From Breznakia sp. PF5-3 (GTDB taxonomy: Bacteria > Bacillota_I > Bacilli_A > Erysipelotrichales > Erysipelotrichaceae): a stretch of DNA of 32,000 nt. The position numbers and the translations under genes were made by a program. Below are positions 1-8,066 of the stretch, piece by piece. The DNA lies in the NCBI RefSeq assembly GCF_029504745.1, contig NZ_JAQFIQ010000025.1, forward strand, positions 3,932 to 35,931, given 5' to 3'. The notes under the pieces were generated by a model, which worked only from the letters and a program-made list of their open reading frames with translations, was not told where the DNA came from and did no database searches. The number at the start of each line of letters is the position of its first letter. The stretch's first letter is position 1.

Positions 1-666
1 AGTATGTGTTGTACTAAGCAACCTTGAAGAAATACTTGTTCCATCAACTGTTAAATTCTTAATTGTTAATGAACCTGTTCCTGCACCATTAACATTTATT
101 GATCCTGCGTTCCATACACAACCATTTCCATCGATTGTAACATTTACATTTGGCATTGTGATTGTAATAGGACCTGATACAAATCCAGAAGCCAATGTAT
201 ATACATCACCTTCTGCAGCAGTACTTAATGCGCTTTGCAATTCGCTAACATTACTTACTGTTTGAGAAATTCTTGGTGCTTTTGCTAAAGATTTTGCAGC
301 ACCTACACTTGGTTCACCTTGTGCGCCCTTTGTCTCTTCTTTTACTGTAACGACTCTTTCTTTTGTTACAACATCACCATCCACAGGATGGATTGCTTCA
401 TACGTGATTGTATACGTATTTTCTACTGAGACATCAAATCCTCCATCGTCCTTAATAGACACGTCCACAGCTTCTCCATTTTCGTCCACCGCGCTAACAC
501 CATCTAGCAAGTTAAATGTCTCATCAAATTGATTAACGCTCACATCTTCAGCTATAATACTTAATTTTTCCTCTAGTACCTCTGCATTCACTATCATTTT
601 TTGGATTGGTATCAATCCCACAAATAGCACTAGCAAAGCAATAAAAGCTTTAATTGATTTTTTCAT
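1..666 (-). CDS. Secreted surface protein, N-terminal part only (gene runs off the window start): signal peptide, Ig-like domain, start of a right-handed beta-helix (pectate-lyase-like) region
   Basis: Hand translation of the minus strand from ATG at 664-666 gives MKKSIKAFIALLVLFVGLIPIQKMIVNAE (signal-peptide-like). It continues with ...NTYTITYEAIHPVDGDVVTKERVVTV (Ig-like) and then SELQSALSTAAEGDVYTLASGF...VTIDGNG...LTIKNLTVDG (beta-helix-type repeats). The frame stays open to position 1. Confidence 0.6.
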   Translation of the reverse strand, partial: MKKSIKAFIALLVLFVGLIPIQKMIVNAEVLEEKLSIIAEDVSVNQFDETFNLLDGVSAVDENGEAVDVSIKDDGGFDVSVENTYTITYEAIHPVDGDVVTKERVVTVKEETKGAQGEPSVGAAKSLAKAPRISQTVSNVSELQSALSTAAEGDVYTLASGFVSGPITITMPNVNVTIDGNGCVWNAGSINVNGAGTGSLTIKNLTVDGTSISSRLLSTTHT

Positions 667-952
667 TTTGGTCGCCCCCCATCATATCAATTTAAATCTT
701 GTTTCATTGTTTATATAATATATGCTTTTACTTACTATTACTATATCACCTTATTTCCTTCCTAATATATCTTGTTATCAACAGATAGAAAAATGTTACC
801 AATCAAGGTTAAAATTATTCCCTCTATAGTATAGACTTTTTAGGAATTAAATTCGTTCATGAAAATTTCATTTTTTTCATATAAATTATTTATATTGTTT
901 AACATTCCTTAATTTCACTCGTAAAAATCCGTAGATATAGCTCGTTTTTCAG

Positions 953-1001
953 ACAAAAATAAGTGAGAAATAGCATCTTTTTAAAATACTACTTCTCACT
1001 T
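953..1001 (-). terminator. Rho-independent terminator of the glycyl radical enzyme operon
   Basis: Minus-strand hairpin AAGTGAGAAGTAGTATTT / TAAAA loop / AGATGCTATTTCTCACTT (18 bp including G-U pairs), followed by ATTTTTGT. It starts 4 nt after the activase stop codon (1006-1008). Confidence 0.8.
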
Positions 1002-1005
1002 TACA

Positions 1006-1893
1006 TCATCCACCTACTTTTAATTCGATGTCATATGCTTTTGCAATATCAATGTATGGAAATAAGTCCTCTTTGTTTAATGTGTTTTCATTCCAAGGAT
1101 ATGGTTTTATCATTCTTTCATACTTACTTTTCCCCAACAAATGATATGGGAGAAAATTAACTTTTTTAATTCCTATCGTTTGCGCATACTTCAATATCGC
1201 TTCCAATGTTTTAGGATCATAGTTAAATTCTGTAATCACTGGAACTCGCAATATAACTTTACGAGGATCAATAGTTTCTAAGTTTTTAAATACAATAGAT
1301 AAATCTCCTCCGCATATTTCACGATACATATTTTTATCAATATGTTTTAAATCAAATAAGTATAAATCAATATAAGGATCAATTTCTTCAATATAAGAAT
1401 TTGAGAAATTCCCACAAGTTTCAATTGCCACGTGAAGATTCTTGTGTTTAAACTCTTTCACTAAAGCCAATAAACTTTTAAATTGAGTAAATGGTTCTCC
1501 ACCAGATATCGTTACTCCTCCATCGCTAGCTTCATAATAGTCAATATCTTTCATAACTTCTTCTACTACATCCGCATAAGACATTGCTTTTCCTGATATC
1601 TCCAAAGCCCCAGTTGGACAATTATCTACGCAAACCTGAAGATTCTTACATTTGCTATCATCATAGTGGAATTCATCATCTACAAAAGTAATTGCTTTGC
1701 TTGGACAACTGTATTCGCAAGTACGACATTTGATACATTTTTTCTTATCATACAATAAAATTGGATTAGGATCTTGTGATTCAGGATTTGCACACCATGG
1801 ACAATGCAATGGACATCCTTTTAAAAATACTACCGTTCTTATTCCAGGTCCATCATGCGTCGCAAACCTTTCAATATTAAATACATTAATCAT
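1006..1893 (-). CDS. Glycyl radical enzyme activating enzyme (radical SAM, with two auxiliary ferredoxin-like 4Fe-4S motifs)
   Basis: 295-aa ORF. It has the GCPLHCPWCANPE CX3CX2C radical-SAM motif, auxiliary Cys motifs CIKCRTCEYSCP and CKNLQVCVDNCP, and ISGGEPF. Its start overlaps the stop of the upstream enzyme gene by 8 nt. Confidence 0.9.
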   Translation of the reverse strand: MINVFNIERFATHDGPGIRTVVFLKGCPLHCPWCANPESQDPNPILLYDKKKCIKCRTCEYSCPSKAITFVDDEFHYDDSKCKNLQVCVDNCPTGALEISGKAMSYADVVEEVMKDIDYYEASDGGVTISGGEPFTQFKSLLALVKEFKHKNLHVAIETCGNFSNSYIEEIDPYIDLYLFDLKHIDKNMYREICGGDLSIVFKNLETIDPRKVILRVPVITEFNYDPKTLEAILKYAQTIGIKKVNFLPYHLLGKSKYERMIKPYPWNENTLNKEDLFPYIDIAKAYDIELKVGG

Positions 1894-4150
1894 ACAATTC
1901 TCGACTTAATAATTCTTCTTGAATATCTTTGGTAAGATTCACAAAGACCGCACTATATCCTGCTACTCGGACAATTAAATCCGGATAATTATCTGGATGC
2001 TTTTGTGCATCCTCTAAAATGCCATGATCCACAACTGTAACCATCAATTGACAACCACCCTTTTTAAAATATGTATCAAATAAAATCTTAATCTTTTCTC
2101 GATCTTCATTAAACATTCGTGGTGTGAATTTAATATTTTGTACACTTCCACCATGATATTTTGCCTTAAATGTTGCCAAAGAATTTAGTGTTGCAGTAGG
2201 TCCACTTTTAGCTGCACCACCTTGTGGATTATTCGCAGGATTCATAAATACTCCTCGTAAGCGCCCATCTAAAGATGCATCTGTTTTATGACCCCAATCA
2301 GTATTCGTTTGGTTATTACTAATTACAATTAAATAATATCCCATGCCTTTATCAATCCCTCTTTGACGAATACCATTCGCAACATACTCAAAAAGATCAT
2401 TCGCTAAAGCATCACAAGCTTTATGATCATTTCCATATTTTGGTGCATTCAATAAATCTTTCCTTAGTTTTGCATGACCTTCAAAATTAACCAAGGCAGC
2501 ATCATGCAATTCTTTCAGTGTGTATTTTTCCTGTTCAAATACCAATGTTTTAATTGCATAAAGAGCATCGCTTGTATTGATGTTGCCATACGTTTCATTG
2601 GTTCCCCCAAGAATCAAAACACCACCATCCAAAAGCGCTTTTCCTCGTTCTATACAATCATCCATCAAAATACTTGTAAATAAGAAAGATACTTCTTTGT
2701 TCATTACATCATACGAATGATATTGAGCTTCGATACTTAAATCAAAGTAATAATCTAATACTTTCTTATATTCACTATATAAATCATCAAAGCGTACATA
2801 GGATTCTAATGGTTTCACTGCAAAAGGAACTTTCCGCTTTCCATCCATGGAATCAATTCCATCATTTAATGTAATATTAAAAATTTTCAATAAATTCAAT
2901 AACGTATTTGGTGTTCCTACACTTTTTGCTGTAATTACAAATTCACCACAGCCAAATGGAACATATTGTTCTGCTGTTTTACGATCTACGCGCATTGCAT
3001 ATTCTACGGCAGGAACATTTACTTCATCATTATATAAGGTAGGATATGTAGCTCCACTACCAATACAATCATATGCCATATCTAAAATATCTTGTGGTGT
3101 TTCTTCATAAATACGAAGTGTAAACTGAGGTTCAACATAACGTGTATCTTTACATACTCGTAAGCATAAACGAGTAAACATATCTGCTGCTTCAACATGT
3201 TCTCTTCCTCGTCCACCAACAATGATTCTACCATTTACGGTTGTTCTTCGATTTTCAATCATTTTCCATAAAGAACGTACATACCGATAAGCATCTTCTT
3301 CACTAAGGCGTCCTTCATCCAAGTCACGTTTTAAATATGGACCTAATACATCGTCCATACGTCCATAATTTATGACTCCTGCAACCATTGCATAAATCCA
3401 AAACAACTGCAATGCTTGATGGAATGTTTTAGGTGTATGATCACGAATATAAAGTAAATCATTTTCCATTAGTTTTAAATCTGCTAGACGTGCAGCATCA
3501 ACATCTTGTTTTGCTTCATGAACAAGTTCAACTTGTTTATCGATTACAACTTTTAAAAGCTTTAAACTTTCTATTGAACTTTGCATAAATGCATTTTGTG
3601 GTTTTGAAGAAATTAAATCAATTAATCCTGGGATTCCATACTTCATAAGTTTTTTATAATCTAACATCATTCCACTTAATCTTGCGGTTGCCATAAAAGG
3701 ATAATCACAATCAATAAACCTACCCGTTGTTGTATCATTTAACACGTCTCGGCAATAGATTGCTTTCACATCATGGTCTTGCCAATATTCATACAACGCA
3801 TCAACACGTTGTCTTTCTTCTTCACTTGTTAATTCATCTTTAAATTTTCTTAATTTATGAAACACACAATAATGACCAACACCACCAATACTTGTAACAC
3901 TACCAAATCCTATTGGTAAAAAATCAAGTCTTCCTGCAAGCAAATCATCTTCTTCAATAGATCTAAACAACACAGGAAAAATTGTTTTTAAACAGTTTAT
4001 CTCTCGCTCTGCTTTATCTAAACCAGCGCTATCTTGATGTGCTTTTGTGTATGCTTCCATAATGGCTAATTGTTCACTTGGTGTTTTTTCACTAGGAATT
4101 TGAACACTCACCTCAACATTTTGTTCGCCATCAATATTAATTTTTGCCAT
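1886..4150 (-). CDS. Glycyl radical enzyme of the dehydratase/lyase (Cys-x-Glu) class, substrate unknown
   Basis: C-terminal glycyl radical loop VRVAGYSAVFVNL and catalytic Cys loop FGCGEF (GCxE type, not the CC of pyruvate formate-lyase). I prefer the ATG at 4150 (MAKINIDG...) to the GTG at 4177 offered by the ORF track, because the GTG would overlap the upstream gene by 26 nt and has no SD. Confidence 0.88.
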   Translation of the reverse strand: MAKINIDGEQNVEVSVQIPSEKTPSEQLAIMEAYTKAHQDSAGLDKAEREINCLKTIFPVLFRSIEEDDLLAGRLDFLPIGFGSVTSIGGVGHYCVFHKLRKFKDELTSEEERQRVDALYEYWQDHDVKAIYCRDVLNDTTTGRFIDCDYPFMATARLSGMMLDYKKLMKYGIPGLIDLISSKPQNAFMQSSIESLKLLKVVIDKQVELVHEAKQDVDAARLADLKLMENDLLYIRDHTPKTFHQALQLFWIYAMVAGVINYGRMDDVLGPYLKRDLDEGRLSEEDAYRYVRSLWKMIENRRTTVNGRIIVGGRGREHVEAADMFTRLCLRVCKDTRYVEPQFTLRIYEETPQDILDMAYDCIGSGATYPTLYNDEVNVPAVEYAMRVDRKTAEQYVPFGCGEFVITAKSVGTPNTLLNLLKIFNITLNDGIDSMDGKRKVPFAVKPLESYVRFDDLYSEYKKVLDYYFDLSIEAQYHSYDVMNKEVSFLFTSILMDDCIERGKALLDGGVLILGGTNETYGNINTSDALYAIKTLVFEQEKYTLKELHDAALVNFEGHAKLRKDLLNAPKYGNDHKACDALANDLFEYVANGIRQRGIDKGMGYYLIVISNNQTNTDWGHKTDASLDGRLRGVFMNPANNPQGGAAKSGPTATLNSLATFKAKYHGGSVQNIKFTPRMFNEDREKIKILFDTYFKKGGCQLMVTVVDHGILEDAQKHPDNYPDLIVRVAGYSAVFVNLTKDIQEELLSRELYD

Positions 4151-4151
4151 C

Positions 4152-4901
4152 TTAATGCTTTGCTTTCTCTGCCTCACGCCAATTGTCTTGATAACCTCCT
4201 AGCAAGTCTACAAAACGTTTCGCTGTTAAATGAGGCCTTGTGATAGCACTACCAACAACCACACTATGTGCTCCTAAGAAAATACACTTCATTGCATCCT
4301 CTGGAGTATAGATATGTCCTTCCATCATCACATATGCATCATCTTTAAAATCACGGCACATCTTAGCAAATTCCCGCATATCTGGTTCTTCAATGTGTTG
4401 TGTTTCTGGAGTATATCCATATAATGTAGGAGCAATGATATCCGCTCCATTTTCAATTGCTCTTAATGCTTCTTCATAATTGGATACATCCGCAAAAATA
4501 ATAGCTTCTGGAATTTCTTTTTTTACTTCTTTAATCAAATCCCAAGCTTGAGTTCCTTCATGTGTCTTTTGATTTGTACAATCCAAAGCAATGATTTCAG
4601 CTCCTGCTTCCCAAACCTGTTTTGCTGATTGTAAAGTTGGCGTAATAAACACTTCTGTATCATCATGCCATATTTTATATAAACCAATTAAAGGTAAATC
4701 TACCTTTTCTTTGATTGCTTTTATCTGTTCTGGAGAATTTGCGCGAATCCCAACAGCTCCTGCCCATTTTGCAGCTTCTGCCATCTTTACCACAATATCA
4801 TCCGTATAGATTGGATCATCATGTTGAACCTGACATGATACGATTAAACCACCTTTAAAACTTTCTAAAATTGCTTTTTTTCTTGCATCTGTTGTTTTCA
4901 T
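4152..4901 (-). CDS. NanE-like protein (putative N-acylhexosamine-6-phosphate 2-epimerase family, ribulose-phosphate-binding barrel)
   Basis: 249 aa with the motif series GGLIVSCQ, GAVGIRAN, LPLIGLYK, FITPT, IIALDCT and VVVGSAITRP, typical of NanE-type barrels. AAGGAGG RBS. ATGA start/stop overlap with the DeoR gene (4898-4901). Confidence 0.7.
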   Translation of the reverse strand: MKTTDARKKAILESFKGGLIVSCQVQHDDPIYTDDIVVKMAEAAKWAGAVGIRANSPEQIKAIKEKVDLPLIGLYKIWHDDTEVFITPTLQSAKQVWEAGAEIIALDCTNQKTHEGTQAWDLIKEVKKEIPEAIIFADVSNYEEALRAIENGADIIAPTLYGYTPETQHIEEPDMREFAKMCRDFKDDAYVMMEGHIYTPEDAMKCIFLGAHSVVVGSAITRPHLTAKRFVDLLGGYQDNWREAEKAKH

Positions 4902-5668
4902 TTCTTTTCCTCCTTACAGATTTTTACTTTTTTATTCTTTTTTATATGTTTTGGATATTCATCAACATATACTTCATCAAAATCTTCAAGATACGCAAAG
5001 GTATACATTGCTTTCATCTCAAACTTTGTATGATCTACCATTGCATATTTTCGTTTACTACGTTCCATAACATTTTTCTTAACCAATCCATTATCAATTT
5101 CAACATTATAAAATTCACCTGTATCCAAATCAAATCCATTGGCACTTATAAAACATCGATCAAAGTGAAGCTTTTTGATTTCTTCAATCGTAATGCTTCC
5201 CCAATTCATATCGTATTTTTCATTGTACTCACCACCCAAGACTAAAATCTTGGCAATTGCTCCACGAAGGTGACGAACAACATAATGAGAATTGGTAACA
5301 ATTGTAATCTTACGATTCATCAAATATGGGGCTAAATAAGCAGTCGTCGTCCCTGAATCAACAAATATACATTCATTCTCTTCAACGACTTGACTAGCAC
5401 ATCGTGCAATGCAATCCTTCTCTTTTTGATTAAGTTTTTCCTTTTCATCTACGGTAACTTCACTAAAGGATGTAATTGTTTCACTGAAGTTATGGGGTAA
5501 TGCCCCACCACGTTCACGTTCAATCTTTCCATCTTTTTCAAGCTTTCGTAAATCTCTTTGAACTGTCGATAAAGAAACATTTAACTCTTTCGACAGCGTA
5601 CTTACACTAATCGATTGATTACTTCCCAATCGTTTAATGATATAGGCTAATCGTTCTTTGGCTAACAT
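4898..5668 (-). CDS. DeoR-family transcriptional regulator
   Basis: N-terminal winged HTH (ISVSTLSKELNVSLSTVQRDLRKLEKDG) and C-terminal DeoR sugar-phosphate-sensor domain (IFVDSGTT, CFISANG). I chose the start at 5668 (GAGGAG 6 nt upstream). The ATG at 5674 abuts the SD directly and would only work on a leaderless mRNA. Confidence 0.85.
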   Translation of the reverse strand: MLAKERLAYIIKRLGSNQSISVSTLSKELNVSLSTVQRDLRKLEKDGKIERERGGALPHNFSETITSFSEVTVDEKEKLNQKEKDCIARCASQVVEENECIFVDSGTTTAYLAPYLMNRKITIVTNSHYVVRHLRGAIAKILVLGGEYNEKYDMNWGSITIEEIKKLHFDRCFISANGFDLDTGEFYNVEIDNGLVKKNVMERSKRKYAMVDHTKFEMKAMYTFAYLEDFDEVYVDEYPKHIKKNKKVKICKEEKK

Positions 5669-5680
5669 AAACATCTCCTC

Positions 5681-5709
5681 ATATATACTATACCTTTATA
5701 GGATGTCAA
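5681..5709 (-). promoter_or_regulatory. Candidate sigma-A promoter of the DeoR/GRE operon
   Basis: Minus strand TTGACA (5704-5709), a 16-17 nt spacer, then TATATA/ATATAT (5681-5687). The predicted transcription start falls at about 5672-5677, on top of the first ATG. Confidence 0.4.
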
Positions 5710-5714
5710 ATGCA

Positions 5715-5750
5715 AGTCATTATTAGTCATATTGAGTCATATTAAGTCAT
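5715..5750. repeat. Four direct AGTCAT hexamers at exact 10-bp spacing (candidate DeoR operator array)
   Basis: AGTCAT occurs at 5715-5720, 5725-5730, 5735-5740 and 5745-5750 (AGTCATTATT AGTCATATTG AGTCATATTA AGTCATGTTT). The array lies between the divergent promoters and starts 5 nt upstream of the minus-strand -35. Confidence 0.75.
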
Positions 5751-5786
5751 GTTTTGATTTTGATTTATAAATTCCTTCAAAATACA

Positions 5787-5815
5787 TTGACACCTAGCCC
5801 TCTCTATGATAAATT
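5787..5815 (+). promoter_or_regulatory. Sigma-A promoter (extended -10) for the T-box leader and ABC importer operon
   Basis: TTGACA (5787-5792), a 17-nt spacer, TAAATT (5810-5815), with TG at 5807-5808 giving TGaTAAATT. Confidence 0.65.
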
Positions 5816-5821
5816 TTAATA

Positions 5822-6089
5822 AACCATTGATTGGGAGATAAAACAAAAATAAGTGCTTATAGAGAGTTGGCCATAGGTGGAAGGCTAATAGAGATGCTGT
5901 TTTGTAAATGGACCCATGAGGGCTAGATGAAAGCTGTAATAGTTAGTATTCAAGACGTTCACCTACGTTACAGGGTTAAGAATGTGATAGCATTTGAAAG
6001 TTGGACTTTTTAGTCAAACAAGGTGGCACCGCATGTGTTTATATACACTTGTCCTTGATGTCTTTTATAGACGAGGACAAGTGTTTTTT
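5822..6089 (+). promoter_or_regulatory. T-box riboswitch leader, specifier UGG (tRNA-Trp)
   Basis: - Stem I elements: GAGATA on the 5' side of the specifier loop, AG bulge AGAGAG (5861-5866), distal loop GGTGGAA.
- The 3' side of the specifier loop reads GTAAA-TGG-A, with TGG at 5909-5911.
- T-box core AACAAGGTGGCACCGC (6017-6032). Its UGGC bulge would pair with a G73-CCA acceptor end.
- Terminator CACTTGTCCT...AGGACAAGTG plus a T-run (6046-6089) overlaps the antiterminator 3' arm. Confidence 0.85.
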
Positions 6090-6140
6090 ATTTCACTTCA
6101 CCAAAATGCATCATCAAACATATATAAGGAGGAAAAGAAA

Positions 6141-7115
6141 ATGAAAAAATTATTATGTTTGGGTTTAAGCATGTTATTTGTTTTTAGTTTAGTTGGTTGT
6201 GGTAATGATGACAGTGGCGATGATAAAGCGTTTAAGGTTGGTATCGTACAAATTGTTGAGCATCCTTCATTGGACACGATTCGTGAAGCAACAGAAAAAC
6301 AATTAAAAACATATGATGGAAAAATCGAAGTATTATACGAAAATGCTGGTGGAGATCAAAGTATGTTAAATACCATCTGCCAACAATTTAAAGAGCAAGA
6401 CGTAGATGTGATTATTGCAATTGCTACACCAAGTGCTCAAGCTGCAGCAAACTTCTCAGATGAAATTCCAGTGGTTTTCTCAGCAGTAAGTGATCCAGTT
6501 GGTGCTGGTTTAGTTAAAGATTTAGAAAAACTAGATGGAAACATCACTGGAACAAGTGATGAAATCCAAGTTGACTTAATTATGGACTTAGCAATCGAAA
6601 TGTACCCAGAAACTAAATCCGTAGGGTTCTTATATAACTCTGGAGAAGCAAATTCAGCTTCTAACCTTGATAAATTGAAAGCATATGCAAAAGATAATAA
6701 TCTTAGTGTTGTTGAAGGCCCTTTTACAAACACGAGTGAAATTCAAGCATCAACACAATCACTCATTGATAAAGCAGATATTATTTTTGCACCAAATGAT
6801 AATAGCGTAGCAAGTGCAATGGATGTCGTATCAAGTCTTACAAAAGATTCAAAAACACCATTGTTTGTAGGAGCTGATTCAATGGTTGGAGACGGTGGTT
6901 TAGCAACCGTAGGTATCAACTATGAAGAACTTGGGAAAGAAACAGGAAACATGGTTATACAAATTTTGGATGGAACTTCACCAAGTGATATTCCAGTAAA
7001 AGTTTTTAAAGAAGACTTAAATGTTTATATTAATACTAGTGTTGCTGAAGCAATTGGCTTTGGTTCAATCGATACACTAAAAGAAAATCACAAGGATGTT
7101 GTTGAAATAAAATAG
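6141..7115 (+). CDS. ABC transporter substrate-binding lipoprotein (COG2984 / ABC_sub_bind type; predicted tryptophan importer component)
   Basis: AAGGAGG at 6126-6132, then ATG at 6141. Lipoprotein signal MKKLLCLGLSMLFVFSLVGC with an LVGC lipobox. The ORF-track start at 5994 lies inside the T-box leader and terminator, so I rejected it. Confidence 0.85.
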   Translation: MKKLLCLGLSMLFVFSLVGCGNDDSGDDKAFKVGIVQIVEHPSLDTIREATEKQLKTYDGKIEVLYENAGGDQSMLNTICQQFKEQDVDVIIAIATPSAQAAANFSDEIPVVFSAVSDPVGAGLVKDLEKLDGNITGTSDEIQVDLIMDLAIEMYPETKSVGFLYNSGEANSASNLDKLKAYAKDNNLSVVEGPFTNTSEIQASTQSLIDKADIIFAPNDNSVASAMDVVSSLTKDSKTPLFVGADSMVGDGGLATVGINYEELGKETGNMVIQILDGTSPSDIPVKVFKEDLNVYINTSVAEAIGFGSIDTLKENHKDVVEIK

Positions 7116-7127
7116 AAAGAGGTTTAT

Positions 7128-8066
7128 ATGAGTCTTAATACAATATTGGGAGCAACGGAACTAGGTTTGATCTTTGCGATCATGTCCCTAGGAATTTACA
7201 TTACTTTTAAAATCTTAAACTTTCCTGACTTAACGGTTGACGGAAGCTTTACTTTGGGCTGTGTGGTGAGTGGCATCTTTGCCATTAACCACCACCCCTT
7301 TCTAGGAATCCTTTTTGCAACGCTTGCAGGTTGTTTTGCAGGAATGATGACAGGCTTTCTTCACACCAAAATGAAAGTTCAATACATCTTAGCTGGAATC
7401 ATCACAATGACAGGACTATATTCCATAAACTTGAAAATTGGAGGTTCTAAACCTAATTTCTCATTATATGGATTTGAGACTATTTTTTCTCACTTTAGAA
7501 ATTTTTTATCATCTACATTACATATTTCTAATGAAGTCATTTTAAAAAATCATAAACTTATTCTATTATTATTAATTTTAATCATCGTTACCACGTTACT
7601 TTATTTGTTCTTTAAGACTCAAAGTGGACTTGCTATTCGTGCCACAGGAAATAACGAAGAAATGGTTCGTGCTTCTTCTATCAATACCGATGCAATGAAG
7701 ATTGCTGGATTAGCGTTGGCAAATGCATTTGTAGGATTATGCGCCTCTATTTATACCCAACACCAAATGTTTTATGATATATCGCAAGGGATTGGGATGA
7801 TGGTAGTCGGTTTAACAAGCATTATTGTTGGCGAGAGTATCTTTGGGAAACGTACGCTTTTAAATAGTTTTATTTCGTTATCACTAGGAGCTATTTTATA
7901 TCGTTTACTCCTATCTTATGCTTTATCTTTGGGAATGGATCCAAACGATTGGAAATTGCTTTGTGCTTCTTTAGTAGCAATCGTGATTTCTTTTCCAACC
8001 GTTAAAACCTATATTCAAAAACGCCAAAAGCGAGCAAAAGCAAAAGGAGGTTCTAAATCATGTTAG
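7128..8066 (+). CDS. ABC transporter permease (COG4120 type)
   Basis: 312 aa and multi-TM. The N-terminal FPDLTVDGSFTLG motif is typical of this permease family. AAAGAGG RBS. Confidence 0.85.
   Translation: MSLNTILGATELGLIFAIMSLGIYITFKILNFPDLTVDGSFTLGCVVSGIFAINHHPFLGILFATLAGCFAGMMTGFLHTKMKVQYILAGIITMTGLYSINLKIGGSKPNFSLYGFETIFSHFRNFLSSTLHISNEVILKNHKLILLLLILIIVTTLLYLFFKTQSGLAIRATGNNEEMVRASSINTDAMKIAGLALANAFVGLCASIYTQHQMFYDISQGIGMMVVGLTSIIVGESIFGKRTLLNSFISLSLGAILYRLLLSYALSLGMDPNDWKLLCASLVAIVISFPTVKTYIQKRQKRAKAKGGSKSC

Noticed and set aside
675-680. C6 (G6 on the coding strand) tract just upstream of the surface-protein start as a phase-variation switch
   Set aside because: Six residues is short for slipped-strand switching. 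The tract sits where the SD should be (8 nt before the ATG) and probably simply serves as a G-rich RBS.
4151-4177. GTG start at 4177 for the glycyl radical enzyme (MRQRKQSIK extension)
   Set aside because: It would overlap the NanE-like gene by 26 nt and has no SD. ATG 4150, directly after the upstream stop, fits the coupled-operon pattern better. The call remains uncertain without N-terminal data.
5715-5750. AGTCAT repeat array as a CRISPR array or minisatellite
   Set aside because: The units are only 10 bp with 4-nt spacers, and there are no cas genes. The size and phasing fit a protein-binding operator rather than a CRISPR array.
5994-6140. N-terminal extension of the binding-protein ORF (track start 5994, MKVGLFSQTRW...)
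   Set aside because: It begins at a TTG inside the T-box leader and reads through the T-box core and the terminator hairpin. The real start is ATG 6141, which has an AAGGAGG RBS and a classical lipoprotein signal peptide.
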